64,000 nt of DNA from Chamaesiphon sp. (GCA_965246715.1 CBDFFH010000020.1:128001-192000), one strand, 5' to 3'. Shown: positions 21,514 to 31,883, counted from the first letter of the stretch. A program made the numbers and translations. The notes: generated from the sequence alone by a model not told the origin.

Positions 21514-22646
21514 CTCAGTCTCATCTTTCATATCCGAAGTGTCGCCGCAACCAAGGCACGATCTTGTCTTCTCAAGATTGGCAGAAGTTGATGCAAGCTG
21601 GAGTATTGGATGACGACTTTGGCGATCGCGATACCTACGAACAGTCGAGCGAACGATCGAGTCTGGACGATTGCACTGTCAGCCGATTATTAAGCGGTGA
21701 AGTCAAAGTTGATAAGCGGACACTTAAAAATGAAACTCAATGACCCAGAAACTTGGCTCAAGGCAGATGCGACACTGGAAATTGACGAGCATCCACAACT
21801 AGGGCAAGTCAGAGTCCAACAATGGCAGGACTTACATTTCTATCGGGCGGCTGGTCATCTGGTCAATTTGATTCTGATTGAAAGAATCAAACCCATGTCC
21901 AACGGTCAGCCCTTTCCGCCCTTGTGGTTAGCTTGGGTGGGTGCTAGAACCTTACCCTTAGAAACTGTTTGGTTTAAGTATTTGCGTCGCTTTGGGGTGG
22001 ATCATTGGTATCGGTTTGCGAAACAACGATTGCACTGGACATTGCCGAATTTGAGAACTCCTGAGCAATCTGAGCGATGGAGCGATTTGATGCCATTGAT
22101 GAGTTGGCAACTCTGGTTGGCTAAAGATCTCGTAGTGGAAACTAGACTGCCATGGCAACCTGCTACTATTAATTTAACCCCTGGACGTGTTGCCCAATCT
22201 ATGTTTTCAGTTTTGGTGGCGATTGGAACTCCGGCTCAAACACCCAAACCACGCGGAAAATCCCCTGGCTGGACTAAAGGAAACACCCGTACTAAGCCAC
22301 CTCGTTATCAGACTGTTAAAAAACGGGTTTCTCGACCTAAAAAAGTCCCGAAAGTCGCTGCTTAATCTTCCGTCTCTTCCCTTTTTTGCCAACACTTTGT
22401 CTTCAATTGACGGCACCCATTTTTTCTGCACCCATTTTTTAGTCTAAACTCCAGCCATTGACAGTTCGCGAGTTAGAGGTATTGCAACTGATTGTTGACG
22501 GACACGATAATTCTGCGATCTCTAGGAAGCTCTACATCACTACAGGTACGGTGAAGACCCACGTGCGCGGTGCTTTGAGAAAACTCTGTGCAAACAATCG
22601 TACTCAGGCAGCGATTCGCGCACTCCGCTCTGGTCTTGTTCGCTAA
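21453..22646 (+). pseudogene. LuxR-type regulator broken by an IS fragment
   Basis: N-part (DWQKL..VSRLL..VDKRTL) to ~21729; C-terminal LuxR HTH PLTVRELEVLQL..TVKTHV..RTQAAIRAL at 22455-22646. Confidence 0.6.
21730..22454 (+). mobile_element. Truncated IS (C-terminal part of a DDE transposase, IS701-like) with putative right end
   Basis: LWLAW, YLRRFGVDHWYRFAKQRLHW, basic tail PRGKSPGW; ORF ends 22365; LuxR remnant resumes after GTCTAAACTCCAG. Confidence 0.7.
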
Positions 22647-22956
22647 ACAAGGTATCGAACATCAACACGATCGCTATTGAGAAGATCTCGATTTCTTCAG
22701 CAATTTACCCAAGATCGCCAAATTCATATTGTCTCAGGAACGGATGAGGAAATCGATCGAGCGCAACAGGTTCTAAAGAACGCAGAGCTTGAAATCGATC
22801 GAGCAGTTGCGGCCTAATAATGAGTCGAGGATTTTCGATCGTTGGCACAGGAGGCTCAATTGTGAATCTCGTGAGGACGATCGATCGAACGGTAAATGTG
22901 TAGTTTTAAGCATCAAGAAGCAAAATTTAACCCCTACTATCATCTTGGAGGAAAAA

Positions 22957-24846
22957 ATGGCAAAAGTTGTTGGCATCGATCTAGGAACCACAAATTCCTG
23001 TATTGCAGTAATCGAAGGCGGACAACCGCTGGTCATTGCAAACGCAGAAGGACAACGGACTACCCCTTCAGTTGTTGCCTATACAAAAATAGGCGATCGC
23101 CTTGTGGGTCAAATCGCGCGGCGGCAAGGCGTGATGAACCCTGAAAACACATTCTATTCTGTGAAACGATTCATCGGTCGGAAGTACGAGGAAGTCGAGC
23201 AGGGAGCTAGCGAGGTTTCCTACAAGGTGTTGCGGGATAGCACTGGGAACGTCAAAATTGATTGTCCCGCGCTCAAAAAACAGTTTGCACCCGAAGAAAT
23301 TTCGGCACAGATTCTGCGGAAATTGGTAGACGATGCCAGTCAATATCTGGGCGAGAAAGTGACTGAAGCCGTCATCACCGTTCCCGCTTATTTCAACGAC
23401 TCGCAGCGGCAAGCAACTCAAGATGCAGGCAAAATTGCCGGATTAGAAGTGCGTCGCATTATCAACGAACCGACTGCTGCTGCACTGGCATACGGTTTAG
23501 ATAAAAAAAGCAACGAGACGATTCTCGTATTTGACTTAGGGGGTGGAACCTTCGACGTATCCGTACTCGAAGTGGGCGATGGGGTGTTTGAAGTCCGAGC
23601 GACTAGTGGCGATACGCACTTAGGCGGCGATGACTTTGATAAAAAAGTTGTCGATTGGATCGCAGGCGAATTTCAGCGGAACGAAGGCATCGATCTCCGC
23701 AAGGATAAGCAAGCCTTACAACGGTTAACTGAAGCGGCTGAGAAAGCCAAAATCGAGCTTTCCAGCACCACGCAAACCACGATTAATCTCCCCTTTGTGA
23801 CTGCGACGCAAGCAGGCCCGAAGCACCTCGACTTAACGTTAACCAGAGGTCAGTTCGAGCAGATGTGTGAAGATTTGCTCGATCGTTGCCGCCTTCCAGT
23901 CGAACAAGCCCTTAAAGATGCCAATCTCACCAGTGCGGCTCTCGATGAAGTGATTTTAGTCGGTGGATCGACTCGGATTCCGGCGGTACAACAACTCGTG
24001 CGGCGGATGACTGGCAAAGAACCAAATCAGGGGGTGAATCCCGATGAAGTGGTGGCAGTCGGAGCGGCGATTCAAGCCGGAGTGCTCGCGGGTGAAGTGA
24101 AAGATATCTTGCTACTAGATGTCACGCCGCTTTCTCTAGGCGTGGAAACAATGGGCGGTGTGATGACGAAAATTATTCCCCGCAACACGACGATCCCCGC
24201 TAAAAAATCAGAAACGTTCTCGACGGCAGTAGATGCTCAACCGAATGTCGAAATTCACGTTTTACAAGGGGAGCGGGAACTCGCTAACGACGACAAGAGC
24301 CTGGGCACGTTCCGACTGGATGGCATCCCACCTGCTCCGCGCGGAGTGCCACAAATCGAGGTGACGTTTGATATTGATGCCAATGGACTGTTGGCGGTAA
24401 CGGCGAAAGATCGGGCATCGGGTAAAGAACAATCGATTACGATTACAGGTGCTTCTACGCTGGATAAAAGCGACGTGGAACGCATGGTGCGAGATGCTGA
24501 AACTCACGCGGAAGCAGATCGCCGTCGGCGAGAGCAAATCGATACCAAGAACAACGCGGATGCACTCGCTTATCAAGCCGAAAAACAACTGCAAGACTTA
24601 AACGGAAAGGTTTCGGATGCCGATAAGCATCGGGCGCAAGCATTGATTCACAGTCTGCGTGAAGCGATCGATCGAGAGGACTACGATCGCATGAGCGTGC
24701 TGACTCAGGATTTGCAACAAGCTTTGATGCAAATTGGTAGCTCTGTTTACGCTCATGCAAACGCCACAGGTACTCCAGATTCTGCTCCTCAAAGCACCAC
24801 TAGCGGAAATAGTGACGATGTAATCGATGCTGATTTTTTGCTATAA
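22957..24846 (+). CDS. dnaK: Chaperone DnaK
   Basis: [36 protein letters not shown] 22957 after GGAGG. Confidence 0.96.
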   Translation: MAKVVGIDLGTTNSCIAVIEGGQPLVIANAEGQRTTPSVVAYTKIGDRLVGQIARRQGVMNPENTFYSVKRFIGRKYEEVEQGASEVSYKVLRDSTGNVKIDCPALKKQFAPEEISAQILRKLVDDASQYLGEKVTEAVITVPAYFNDSQRQATQDAGKIAGLEVRRIINEPTAAALAYGLDKKSNETILVFDLGGGTFDVSVLEVGDGVFEVRATSGDTHLGGDDFDKKVVDWIAGEFQRNEGIDLRKDKQALQRLTEAAEKAKIELSSTTQTTINLPFVTATQAGPKHLDLTLTRGQFEQMCEDLLDRCRLPVEQALKDANLTSAALDEVILVGGSTRIPAVQQLVRRMTGKEPNQGVNPDEVVAVGAAIQAGVLAGEVKDILLLDVTPLSLGVETMGGVMTKIIPRNTTIPAKKSETFSTAVDAQPNVEIHVLQGERELANDDKSLGTFRLDGIPPAPRGVPQIEVTFDIDANGLLAVTAKDRASGKEQSITITGASTLDKSDVERMVRDAETHAEADRRRREQIDTKNNADALAYQAEKQLQDLNGKVSDADKHRAQALIHSLREAIDREDYDRMSVLTQDLQQALMQIGSSVYAHANATGTPDSAPQSTTSGNSDDVIDADFLL

Positions 24847-24939
24847 CATCAAATCTTCCGACCGAGTATGGGCTTGCATTCCGCACTCGGACTCAATCGT
24901 TAACCTAGCGGCTCGTAACTCGCGATCGAGAGACCAGTA

Positions 24940-25908
24940 ATGCCAACTGCAACAGATTTTAAAGACTACTACGCCACTTTGGGAGTCAGCAAAACCGCAA
25001 CTCCCAAAGAAATCAAGCTGGCTTACCGCAAGCTGGCTCGTAAGCATCATCCTGACCTCAATCCCGACAATAAGGATGCAGAGGCAAAGTTCAAGGACTT
25101 AAATGAAGCGAATGAGGTGCTTTCCGACCCAGAGAAGCGACAAAAGTACGATCGGTTCGGTCAATACTGGAATCAGGCAGATCGGGGCGAAACTTCGCCA
25201 TCTAGCCAGAATTATCGGGCTACCTCTGAAGACTTCGATCGGTATACCGACTTTGATTCATTTATCAACGATCTGCTGGGTGGGCTAGGCAATCGAGGGC
25301 AATCGACACGCAGAACCTACAGCGATCGAACTGAGCCAGGAGCAGCTTGGGACGGATTCCGCACTCAAGCTCCCTCAGATACGGAAGCTGCGATCGCGCT
25401 CACTTTTTCTGAAGCCTTTCACGGTGTTCAAAAGCATCTGCAACTAGACGATGAAACTATTAAGGTTCGGATTCCCGCAGGTGCAAAACCAGGGAGTCGC
25501 ATTCGGATTAAGGGTAAGGGTCGTCTTAGCCCATTTTCGCAGCAGCGCGGCGATTTGTATTTGACGATCGACCTCTTGCCGCATCCCTTCTTCCGCTTTG
25601 AAGGAGATGACCTCGTTTGCGATCTGCCGATTCGACCCGATGAGGCAGTTTTAGGGGCGAACATTAGCGTCCCCATCCCCGATGGCAGCGTGAGTGTCAG
25701 AGTGCCCAAAGGTACGCGATCCGGTCAATCGCTAAGACTGCGCGGCAAAGGCTGGGTCGTACCAAACGGGAAACGAGGTGATTTATTTGCCAAACTTCAA
25801 ATCGTCACTCCTAAGGATCTCAGCCCGATCGAGCAGGAATACTACGAGAAAATTCAGTCAACGACCAGCTTTAACCCGCGTGCTTCATTGGAGGAAATCA
25901 AGCTATGA
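24940..25908 (+). CDS. cbpA: CbpA-like class II J-domain protein
   Basis: KDYY..HPD J domain plus DnaJ C-terminal domain, no Zn finger. Confidence 0.85.
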   Translation: MPTATDFKDYYATLGVSKTATPKEIKLAYRKLARKHHPDLNPDNKDAEAKFKDLNEANEVLSDPEKRQKYDRFGQYWNQADRGETSPSSQNYRATSEDFDRYTDFDSFINDLLGGLGNRGQSTRRTYSDRTEPGAAWDGFRTQAPSDTEAAIALTFSEAFHGVQKHLQLDDETIKVRIPAGAKPGSRIRIKGKGRLSPFSQQRGDLYLTIDLLPHPFFRFEGDDLVCDLPIRPDEAVLGANISVPIPDGSVSVRVPKGTRSGQSLRLRGKGWVVPNGKRGDLFAKLQIVTPKDLSPIEQEYYEKIQSTTSFNPRASLEEIKL

Positions 25909-26189
25909 CTTTCAGGCTTTCCAGGATTGTCGTTTCGCATGAGGGCGATCCACTCTACAGCTTTGAATATGCTGCATCGCTCGCCGAAACTTCCATCACA
26001 GTGGTGGAAGCTTGTATTGAACTAGGCGCGATCGAAGCGGTCGGCTCGATGCTACATGCTCGCGAAATTACTCGCATCGCTCAGATTCAGCGGTTGCGTC
26101 AAGACTTGGGATTAAACCTAGTTGGAGCAGCAATGGTGCTAGATATGGCACAGGAAATTGCTCGATTACGGGCACGACTCAAGGTGTGA
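25905..26189 (+). CDS. cbpM: Chaperone modulator CbpM-like
   Basis: [12 protein letters not shown] motif; overlaps cbpA stop. Confidence 0.8.
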   Translation: MTFRLSRIVVSHEGDPLYSFEYAASLAETSITVVEACIELGAIEAVGSMLHAREITRIAQIQRLRQDLGLNLVGAAMVLDMAQEIARLRARLKV

Positions 26190-26413
26190 AGTGACTCTCT
26201 TCCTCGAACCTAAAATCTAAGTTTTTCTAACCGTAACCAGCCAGTTAATTTCCCAAAAATAACTGGCTGGTTATCGTGCCTTGCAAACGCAAATCGAACA
26301 ACTGATTCATCAAATTTAGACGCTTCCCTCAGAATTAGATGTGTTTGATGAAATTTGGTTCTTAACAACATGGAAGAAATTCTTGTGACATTTAATGTGG
26401 GTAAAGTGGCAGT

Positions 26414-26600
26414 CATACCTGTCAAATTTGTCAGTCGATCGGTTGTTGAATTTGTCAGCTTATTTTCTGAGATCTTTCTCAGCGACAAAATCAACTGAAC
26501 CCTCTAAATTAAGAGTATGCAACAGACAACAGAACGATATGGGTTTACCCAACTGTGAAAGAAGTTTTACAGAAATCGTCGGTCTCCACCTGATGCATTC
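26414..26600 (+). promoter_or_regulatory. Duplicated leader, copy 2, with three boxes at 24-bp spacing
   Basis: Boxes start at 26419, 26443 and 26467; near-identical to 21352-21513. Confidence 0.6.
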
Positions 26601-26618
26601 CTTTCATCGGAGGTGCCT

Positions 26619-27155
26619 ATGAATCTCAGCGATCGCGATCGACTGTTTGTCCCGATTTCAGCACGAGATCGCCTTCAAGGATTGATGGATGCTTCCGTGG
26701 CACTCGTTGAATATGGTGACTACCAATGTCCCACTTGTGGCGAAGTGTACCGATTAATCGAGGCGATCCAGCAACAGGTTACTGACTTGTGTTTTGTCTT
26801 TCGTCATTTTCCACAGTCACAAATACATCTCTATGCTCTCCGCGCCGCCGAAGCGGCTGAAGCGGCGGCAGCACAAGGTCGATTTTGGCAGATGCACGAT
26901 GTTTTATTCGCCCATCAACAAGCGTTGGGAAATGATTATCTGGTAGAATATGCCGATCGAATCGGACTCGATATTTCTCAATTTTTGCAAGATATATCCA
27001 GTCAATTACATATCGATCGCATTAATAAAGATATTGAAAGTGGTTTACAAAGTGGCGTAACAATTGCCCCAGCATTGTTTATTAATGGCATCCGCTATCG
27101 CGATCTCTGGAGCATCAATCGGTTGATGGCAGCCATTGTCCCCCTAAGTCATTAA
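26619..27155 (+). CDS. DsbA family thioredoxin-fold protein
   Basis: EYGDYQCPTC, FRHFP, QGRFWQMHD, FING. Confidence 0.85.
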   Translation: MNLSDRDRLFVPISARDRLQGLMDASVALVEYGDYQCPTCGEVYRLIEAIQQQVTDLCFVFRHFPQSQIHLYALRAAEAAEAAAAQGRFWQMHDVLFAHQQALGNDYLVEYADRIGLDISQFLQDISSQLHIDRINKDIESGLQSGVTIAPALFINGIRYRDLWSINRLMAAIVPLSH

Positions 27156-27284
27156 ACTGCTTGCTCTCCATCCCCAATTAACCAAGAAACTCTACACGAT
27201 CGATCTCACTCAAGCAGCAATTCGAGCATTTCGCGTCAGGATTGTTAGCTAGATCGGCTCAATTAATTCAGCAAAAATGCAGAG

Positions 27285-28115
27285 GTGTTAACAGTGGTAG
27301 TTTTTACATATAAAAAAGTTCGCAGACGGTTGCTGTTGCTACTCGCATTCAGCGTTTTAGTTGGTGTATTGATGCGTTCCGAAGTAGCCATTTCAACGCA
27401 ATTATCCCAAATTTCTAACTCTAAGCCTTCGATCGTGCTCGTGCATGGTGCCTATGCTGATGCGACATCCTGGCAACACGTCATTCCACTGTTGGAACGG
27501 GATGGCTATAACGTCTCCGCCGTGCAGATTCCGCTCACCTCACTTGCTGATGATGTTACAACGACGAAACGGATGATTGATGCTCAGAAGGGTTCTGTCG
27601 TAGTGGTTGGACATTCCTATGGTGGAAATGTGATTACGGGTGCGGCGGCTGGCAATTCGCGGGTGAAGGCATTAGTTTATGTCAATGCTTTCGCACCGGA
27701 TGCAGGTGAAAAGACGAGCGATTTGAATGGCAGATACGCAGCACCTCCGATTAGCAAGGCAATTGTGTCCGATCCGGCCAACTTTCTCTATGTCGATCGG
27801 CAGAAGTTTCACAATCTTTTTGCCCAGGACGTATCGGAGACTGAGGCGCGGGTGATGGCAGCAACTCAAAAGCCGATCGCTAGCGCAGCTTTCGACCAAT
27901 CAGTGAATGCCATCGCCTGGAAGACAATTCCTTCCTGGTACCTCGTGACTCAAAGCGATCGAGCCATCAACCCTAAGCTTCAGCGATTTATGGCTCAACG
28001 AATTGGTGCTAAGACAACTGAAGTCAACTCCAGTCATGTTCCGTTTATATCTCATCCAAAAGAGGTTACTAAACTGATCGAAGCGGCTGCAACTGCCCCT
28101 GTAAAGAAGTCCTAG
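27285..28115 (+). CDS. Alpha/beta hydrolase with hydrophobic N-terminal leader
   Basis: LVHGA, GHSYGG, SSHVP. Confidence 0.85.
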   Translation: MLTVVVFTYKKVRRRLLLLLAFSVLVGVLMRSEVAISTQLSQISNSKPSIVLVHGAYADATSWQHVIPLLERDGYNVSAVQIPLTSLADDVTTTKRMIDAQKGSVVVVGHSYGGNVITGAAAGNSRVKALVYVNAFAPDAGEKTSDLNGRYAAPPISKAIVSDPANFLYVDRQKFHNLFAQDVSETEARVMAATQKPIASAAFDQSVNAIAWKTIPSWYLVTQSDRAINPKLQRFMAQRIGAKTTEVNSSHVPFISHPKEVTKLIEAAATAPVKKS

Positions 28116-28307
28116 CCGAAAATTAATCGATGGTGTTGAGTCGATCTCGATCTGCCATGCCGACACTTACAAACATCACTTATTCCAGGAGGTAGGATCG
28201 TGCCGATTCAAAATACCAACAAAATTACTAAAGTTGATGGCTCTCAGCCCTTGCTGCATCAGCATGGACATGAAATTCAGCAGTATGGCAAACTGCGAGA
28301 TCTGCCG

Positions 28308-28331
28308 TTCGCGAAGCGTCTCGGAACGAGA
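28308..28331 (+). mobile_element. 24-nt double-hairpin mini-element (dps #1)
   Basis: CG^[TTCGCGAAGCGTCTCGGAACGAGA]ATCG; LP-FAKRLGTR-IAL. Confidence 0.85.
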
Positions 28332-28505
28332 ATCGCGCTCGACCCTAATGCCCGCACCGAAAGCTGTACGTTAGTCAACCAAATTTTGGCAGACACCATC
28401 ATTCTCTACCACCTCTACAAAAAGCATCATTGGTTGATGCGCGGACACACGTTTTATCAACTGCATCTGTTACTTGACAAACATGCCAGCGAACAGCTTG
28501 AATCG

Positions 28506-28530
28506 TTAGCGTAGCCTCTCGCTTGCGAGA
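28506..28530 (+). mobile_element. 25-nt double-hairpin mini-element (dps #2), adds stop and frameshift
   Basis: CG^[TTAGCGTAGCCTCTCGCTTGCGAGA]ATCG. Confidence 0.85.
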
Positions 28531-28577
28531 ATCGATGCAATGGGAGAACGGGTACAAACACTTGGAGGAGTGGCGAT

Positions 28578-28601
28578 TCCCCTTCAGGGAGGCTTCGCCA
28601 A
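28578..28601 (-). mobile_element. 24-nt double-hairpin mini-element (dps #3) in a full HIP1 site
   Basis: GCGAT^[TCCCCTTCAGGGAGGCTTCGCCAA]CGC. Confidence 0.85.
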
Positions 28602-28611
28602 CGCCGACCCG

Positions 28612-29150
28612 TGTCACTTGCAGCATAAAATGGCGGAAAAAGCCAGGTTATGCTTCACAGAGCGAAGTACCTTGGGGAGTAAAGATAGAAGTGGAAGTAG
28701 TTCACAGAAAGAATTTTAGCCAAATGGATTGTGTTCTTCATCTTCCTGATTGAGACTTTCAGGCGATCGATCGCTTAAATAAACCAGCCCTGCTAAAAGC
28801 AAAAGTTGGGATGAGCACAACAAATAGATGTAATCAGTTCAATAACTGTTTATCTTTAAAAAATCTTGCACAGCAAGGGTTTGAGTTATTTTGCATCAGA
28901 ACGATTTAATTTTATCTTGATAAAATGAATCATATATTGTCTGAGAGTTCTCAGAAATAGCTGCTTTTTAGTGAGATTTTGTACCCAATTCGCTAAAAGA
29001 ACTCATCGCCTTGTTATGCTTCATTTTTAGAACTCAACGCCAATTTATGATACAAAACTCGATCGAATCGATCGCCTAGAATGACCTGTTTTCGTTTCTA
29101 GACCGCCAAGTTATGATTCACAAATCCGCCATTTTATGCTGCAAGTGACA
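28612..29150. mobile_element. 539-bp non-autonomous Tn7/Tn5053-like mini-transposon
   Basis: Perfect 26-bp TIR TGTCACTTGCAGCATAAAATGGCGGA; 5-bp duplication ACCCG (28607-28611, 29151-29155); repeated internal 17-bp boxes; no transposase. Confidence 0.9.
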
Positions 29151-29277
29151 ACCCGCGCCATGTAGCAGAAGTTACCAAGATTAAGCGTCCTCCCAATGGC
29201 GTTGAAGAAGTGCCCGTGATGCTATCGCGCTTGCTCGAAGCACATGAATTAATTATTGGAGAACTCAGGGATGCGAT

Positions 29278-29301
29278 TCTCGTTCCGAGACGCTTCGCGA
29301 A
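29278..29301 (-). mobile_element. 24-nt double-hairpin mini-element (dps #4)
   Basis: CGAT^[TCTCGTTCCGAGACGCTTCGCGAA]CG; exact reverse complement of 28308-28331. Confidence 0.85.
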
Positions 29302-29491
29302 CGACAAAACCGCAGCGAATCGAGATAGCGGCACGAATGATTTGTTGGTGAGTCAAGTGCTACGCATGAATGAGCTACAGGTTTGGTTTCTAGCAGAACA
29401 TTTGGTAGATACACCGCTGGTACACAGCTAGTTTCGATCGTTCAGGATCGGCTCTCCAGCAGTTATGGTGATAAGCAAGATTTATTGAAAG

Positions 29492-29526
29492 GGGGAAAGG
29501 TTAATGGGTAAAGGGTAAAGGGGAAG
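29492..29526 (+). repeat. Short tandem heptamer (STRR-like) repeat
   Basis: GGGGAAA GGTTAAT GGGTAAA GGGTAAA GGGGAAG. Confidence 0.5.
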
Positions 29527-29665
29527 AAGGCGCGCTCGATTGACATGTAATTTGGCCATTTTCCTCAAAATCGCAGGAGAGCCACCCGCGAACGAGAACT
29601 TAGTAAAAGCTTAATTGTCTGCTATTCCGATTTTTCCATCCATCACGACGAGAGAGGGGATCGAC

Positions 29666-31114
29666 ATGACAACAACGACCGATTTCGATTTTGCTGCCCG
29701 CGAGGCACTACGCCTGCTCGGTTCCGATCCCGAAAACTGGGTACCCGATCGCCCTGGCATCGATCGCAATGTCACGATTATCGGTGGCAGCGGCAGCGGT
29801 AGCACCTTTGGATTTGCGCTGCGGCGTGCTGGGATCGGTCGCGTGACGGAGATCGATGCAGCAGAGGACGAGGCTCATGCTGGCGTGTGGCTGACGCGAG
29901 CGCGGATGAGAACGCTCCGCACGCCGAAACATCTGCCTGGGCCAGAACTAGGCATCCCAGAATTGTCATTTCAAGCCTGGTACGAGGCGCGGCATGGCGC
30001 GGCAGCCTACGCACAGATCGATCGGATCGAGCGAGTGGCTTGGGCTGAGTACCTCAGTTGGTATCGGCATTTCCTGGGTATCCAGGTTCGTTACCGGACG
30101 AAGTTGTTACGGATTGAGCCAGCCACAGGTTTCTTCCGCCTACACCTTGAGGTAAACGGTGCCTCGCAGGTAGAGACTACGCGCAAAATTATCTTCGCCA
30201 ATGGCGTGGCTGGCACGGGTGGTGCATACATACCTCCAGTACTGGCTGACTTACCCCGCACGCTGTACGCCCATACCGCCGATGCCATCGATTTTGAAGC
30301 CCTACGCGGTAAGACTGTGGCGGTGCTGGGTGCGGCGGCTTCCGCTTTCGATGCCGCCGCCGTGGCACTGGAATCGGGAGCCAAGGCAGTACACCTATTT
30401 GTCCGGCGATCGGCGATCGCATCTCTGTCAGTGCTGCGGATTCGGGACTATCCTGGTGCTTACGACAACTATCCCCAACTACCCGATGCAGCCCGCTGGT
30501 TCCAGGCTTGGCAGTTTCATCGAGCGGGCACCGCGCCACCTCCGAATTCGATTAAGCGAGCGATCGCCTTCCCGAACTTTTACATTCACCTATCTGCACC
30601 TTGGAAATCGGTATGGAAAATGGGCGATCGTCTTGCCATCCAGGTGAACGATGATGTTTTCGAGTTTGATTTTGCGATCGCTGGCACTGGTTACTTCGTT
30701 GACCCAACAAAGCGTCCCGAACTCGCCGACTTTGCCCAGCATATTGCCCTCTGGCGCGATCGCTACGAGCCACCAGAAGACTTGCGCGACGATGGTTTGG
30801 GGATGCACCCTTATCTTGGCAGTGCTCACGAATACCAAGAAAAAGTACCTGGCACTGCCCCCTATCTGAAAGACATTCACGTCTTTAATCCTGCTGGTTT
30901 GGTCAGCTTTGGCTTGCCAGTTGGTGACATCCATAGCATCCGCCGCGACGTACCTGCAATCGTATCGCGCATCAGTCACGACTTGTTCTTTCAGGACTGG
31001 GCGCATCATGAGGCAAGGATCGCAGGTGATGTCGCCCCCGATTTTGAGAACTCGCTCTATGCTGCTGCGGTGTGGAAACAATCGATTCGCTGCCGCGACT
31101 CGCTAGGTCGGTAA
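29666..31114 (+). CDS. FAD/NAD(P)-dependent flavoprotein monooxygenase
   Basis: IGGSGSG, RMRTLRTPK, VLGAAASAFD, IAGTGY. Confidence 0.8.
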   Translation: MTTTTDFDFAAREALRLLGSDPENWVPDRPGIDRNVTIIGGSGSGSTFGFALRRAGIGRVTEIDAAEDEAHAGVWLTRARMRTLRTPKHLPGPELGIPELSFQAWYEARHGAAAYAQIDRIERVAWAEYLSWYRHFLGIQVRYRTKLLRIEPATGFFRLHLEVNGASQVETTRKIIFANGVAGTGGAYIPPVLADLPRTLYAHTADAIDFEALRGKTVAVLGAAASAFDAAAVALESGAKAVHLFVRRSAIASLSVLRIRDYPGAYDNYPQLPDAARWFQAWQFHRAGTAPPPNSIKRAIAFPNFYIHLSAPWKSVWKMGDRLAIQVNDDVFEFDFAIAGTGYFVDPTKRPELADFAQHIALWRDRYEPPEDLRDDGLGMHPYLGSAHEYQEKVPGTAPYLKDIHVFNPAGLVSFGLPVGDIHSIRRDVPAIVSRISHDLFFQDWAHHEARIAGDVAPDFENSLYAAAVWKQSIRCRDSLGR

Positions 31115-31265
31115 CGCTGAGTTGGCAGCAGTTCGGTCGCTTTTTATTCAAGCTGCCGCCCAAATGAAGAAATATCTGCAATAGGTCGCGATCGTTTCTT
31201 GCCTTTTTAAAACAATTTCATGTGGCGCGATCGAGACTAATAAGATTCATTAATAGGAGATTAAT

Positions 31266-31820
31266 ATGAGCTTTACAGAGTCAGAAGCAGATACGCCTGT
31301 TGTTCGATCTGGATGGTTAGTGGCGATCGCGATTTTCACGATCGGATTAGGCATCGTTGCAATTTCATTTCCCTTTTTTGCCACTGTTGCTTCGACCTTA
31401 GTATTTGGTTGGATCTTTATCATTGCTGGAATTGCTCAAATCGTTTATGCCGTTCAATCCAAAGGGGTGGGTCAAGTTGTCTGGAAGCTAATTCTAGGTC
31501 TTCTATATCTCGTGGCAGGAATGTTTGTGCTGGCGAATCCACTTGAAGGTGTGCTTGCCTTCACGTTGGTGTTAGGAATTACTCTTTTTGTCCAAGGCAT
31601 CATTCAAGTGTCGATGGCGTTTCAAACCCGCCGAGTTTCACCGAATTGGGGATGGATGTTGGCGAGCGGCATCGCTGGAATTATTCTGGGGATTTACATT
31701 TGGTCGAATGTTCCAGCTAGTGCGACATGGCTGCTGGGAACCTCGATCGGAGTCAATCTACTGTTCGATGGTACTTGGATGCTGACGCTACATTCAGGAC
31801 AGCGACGCGCTTTACCTTAG
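31266..31820 (+). CDS. HdeD/DUF308 family membrane protein
   Basis: Six hydrophobic segments, FGW..IAG, WGWML..G, G.NLLFDG. Confidence 0.8.
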   Translation: MSFTESEADTPVVRSGWLVAIAIFTIGLGIVAISFPFFATVASTLVFGWIFIIAGIAQIVYAVQSKGVGQVVWKLILGLLYLVAGMFVLANPLEGVLAFTLVLGITLFVQGIIQVSMAFQTRRVSPNWGWMLASGIAGIILGIYIWSNVPASATWLLGTSIGVNLLFDGTWMLTLHSGQRRALP

Positions 31821-31883
31821 AAGATTGAGAGCCAATTGCTAGGCATGACGGAACGATCTACAGAAACAGCGCAGGAGAAAGTT

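Larger units (their letters stand above)
28200..29431 (+). pseudogene. dps: Dps/ferritin-like protein disrupted by four mini-elements and one mini-transposon
   Basis: LYKKHHW..FYQLHLLLDKH; after removing inserts continues ESIDAMGERVQTLGGVAIADPRHVAEVTKI..ELRDAIDKTAAN..NELQVWFL. Confidence 0.9.

Noticed and set aside
22789..22956. N-terminal extension of DnaK from the ORF track
   Set aside because: Canonical [10 protein letters not shown] start at 22957 has a GGAGG RBS; the extension is an artefact.
28523..28753. 76-aa ORF inside the dps region as transposon cargo
   Set aside because: Chimera of out-of-frame dps, a mini-element and the transposon left end.
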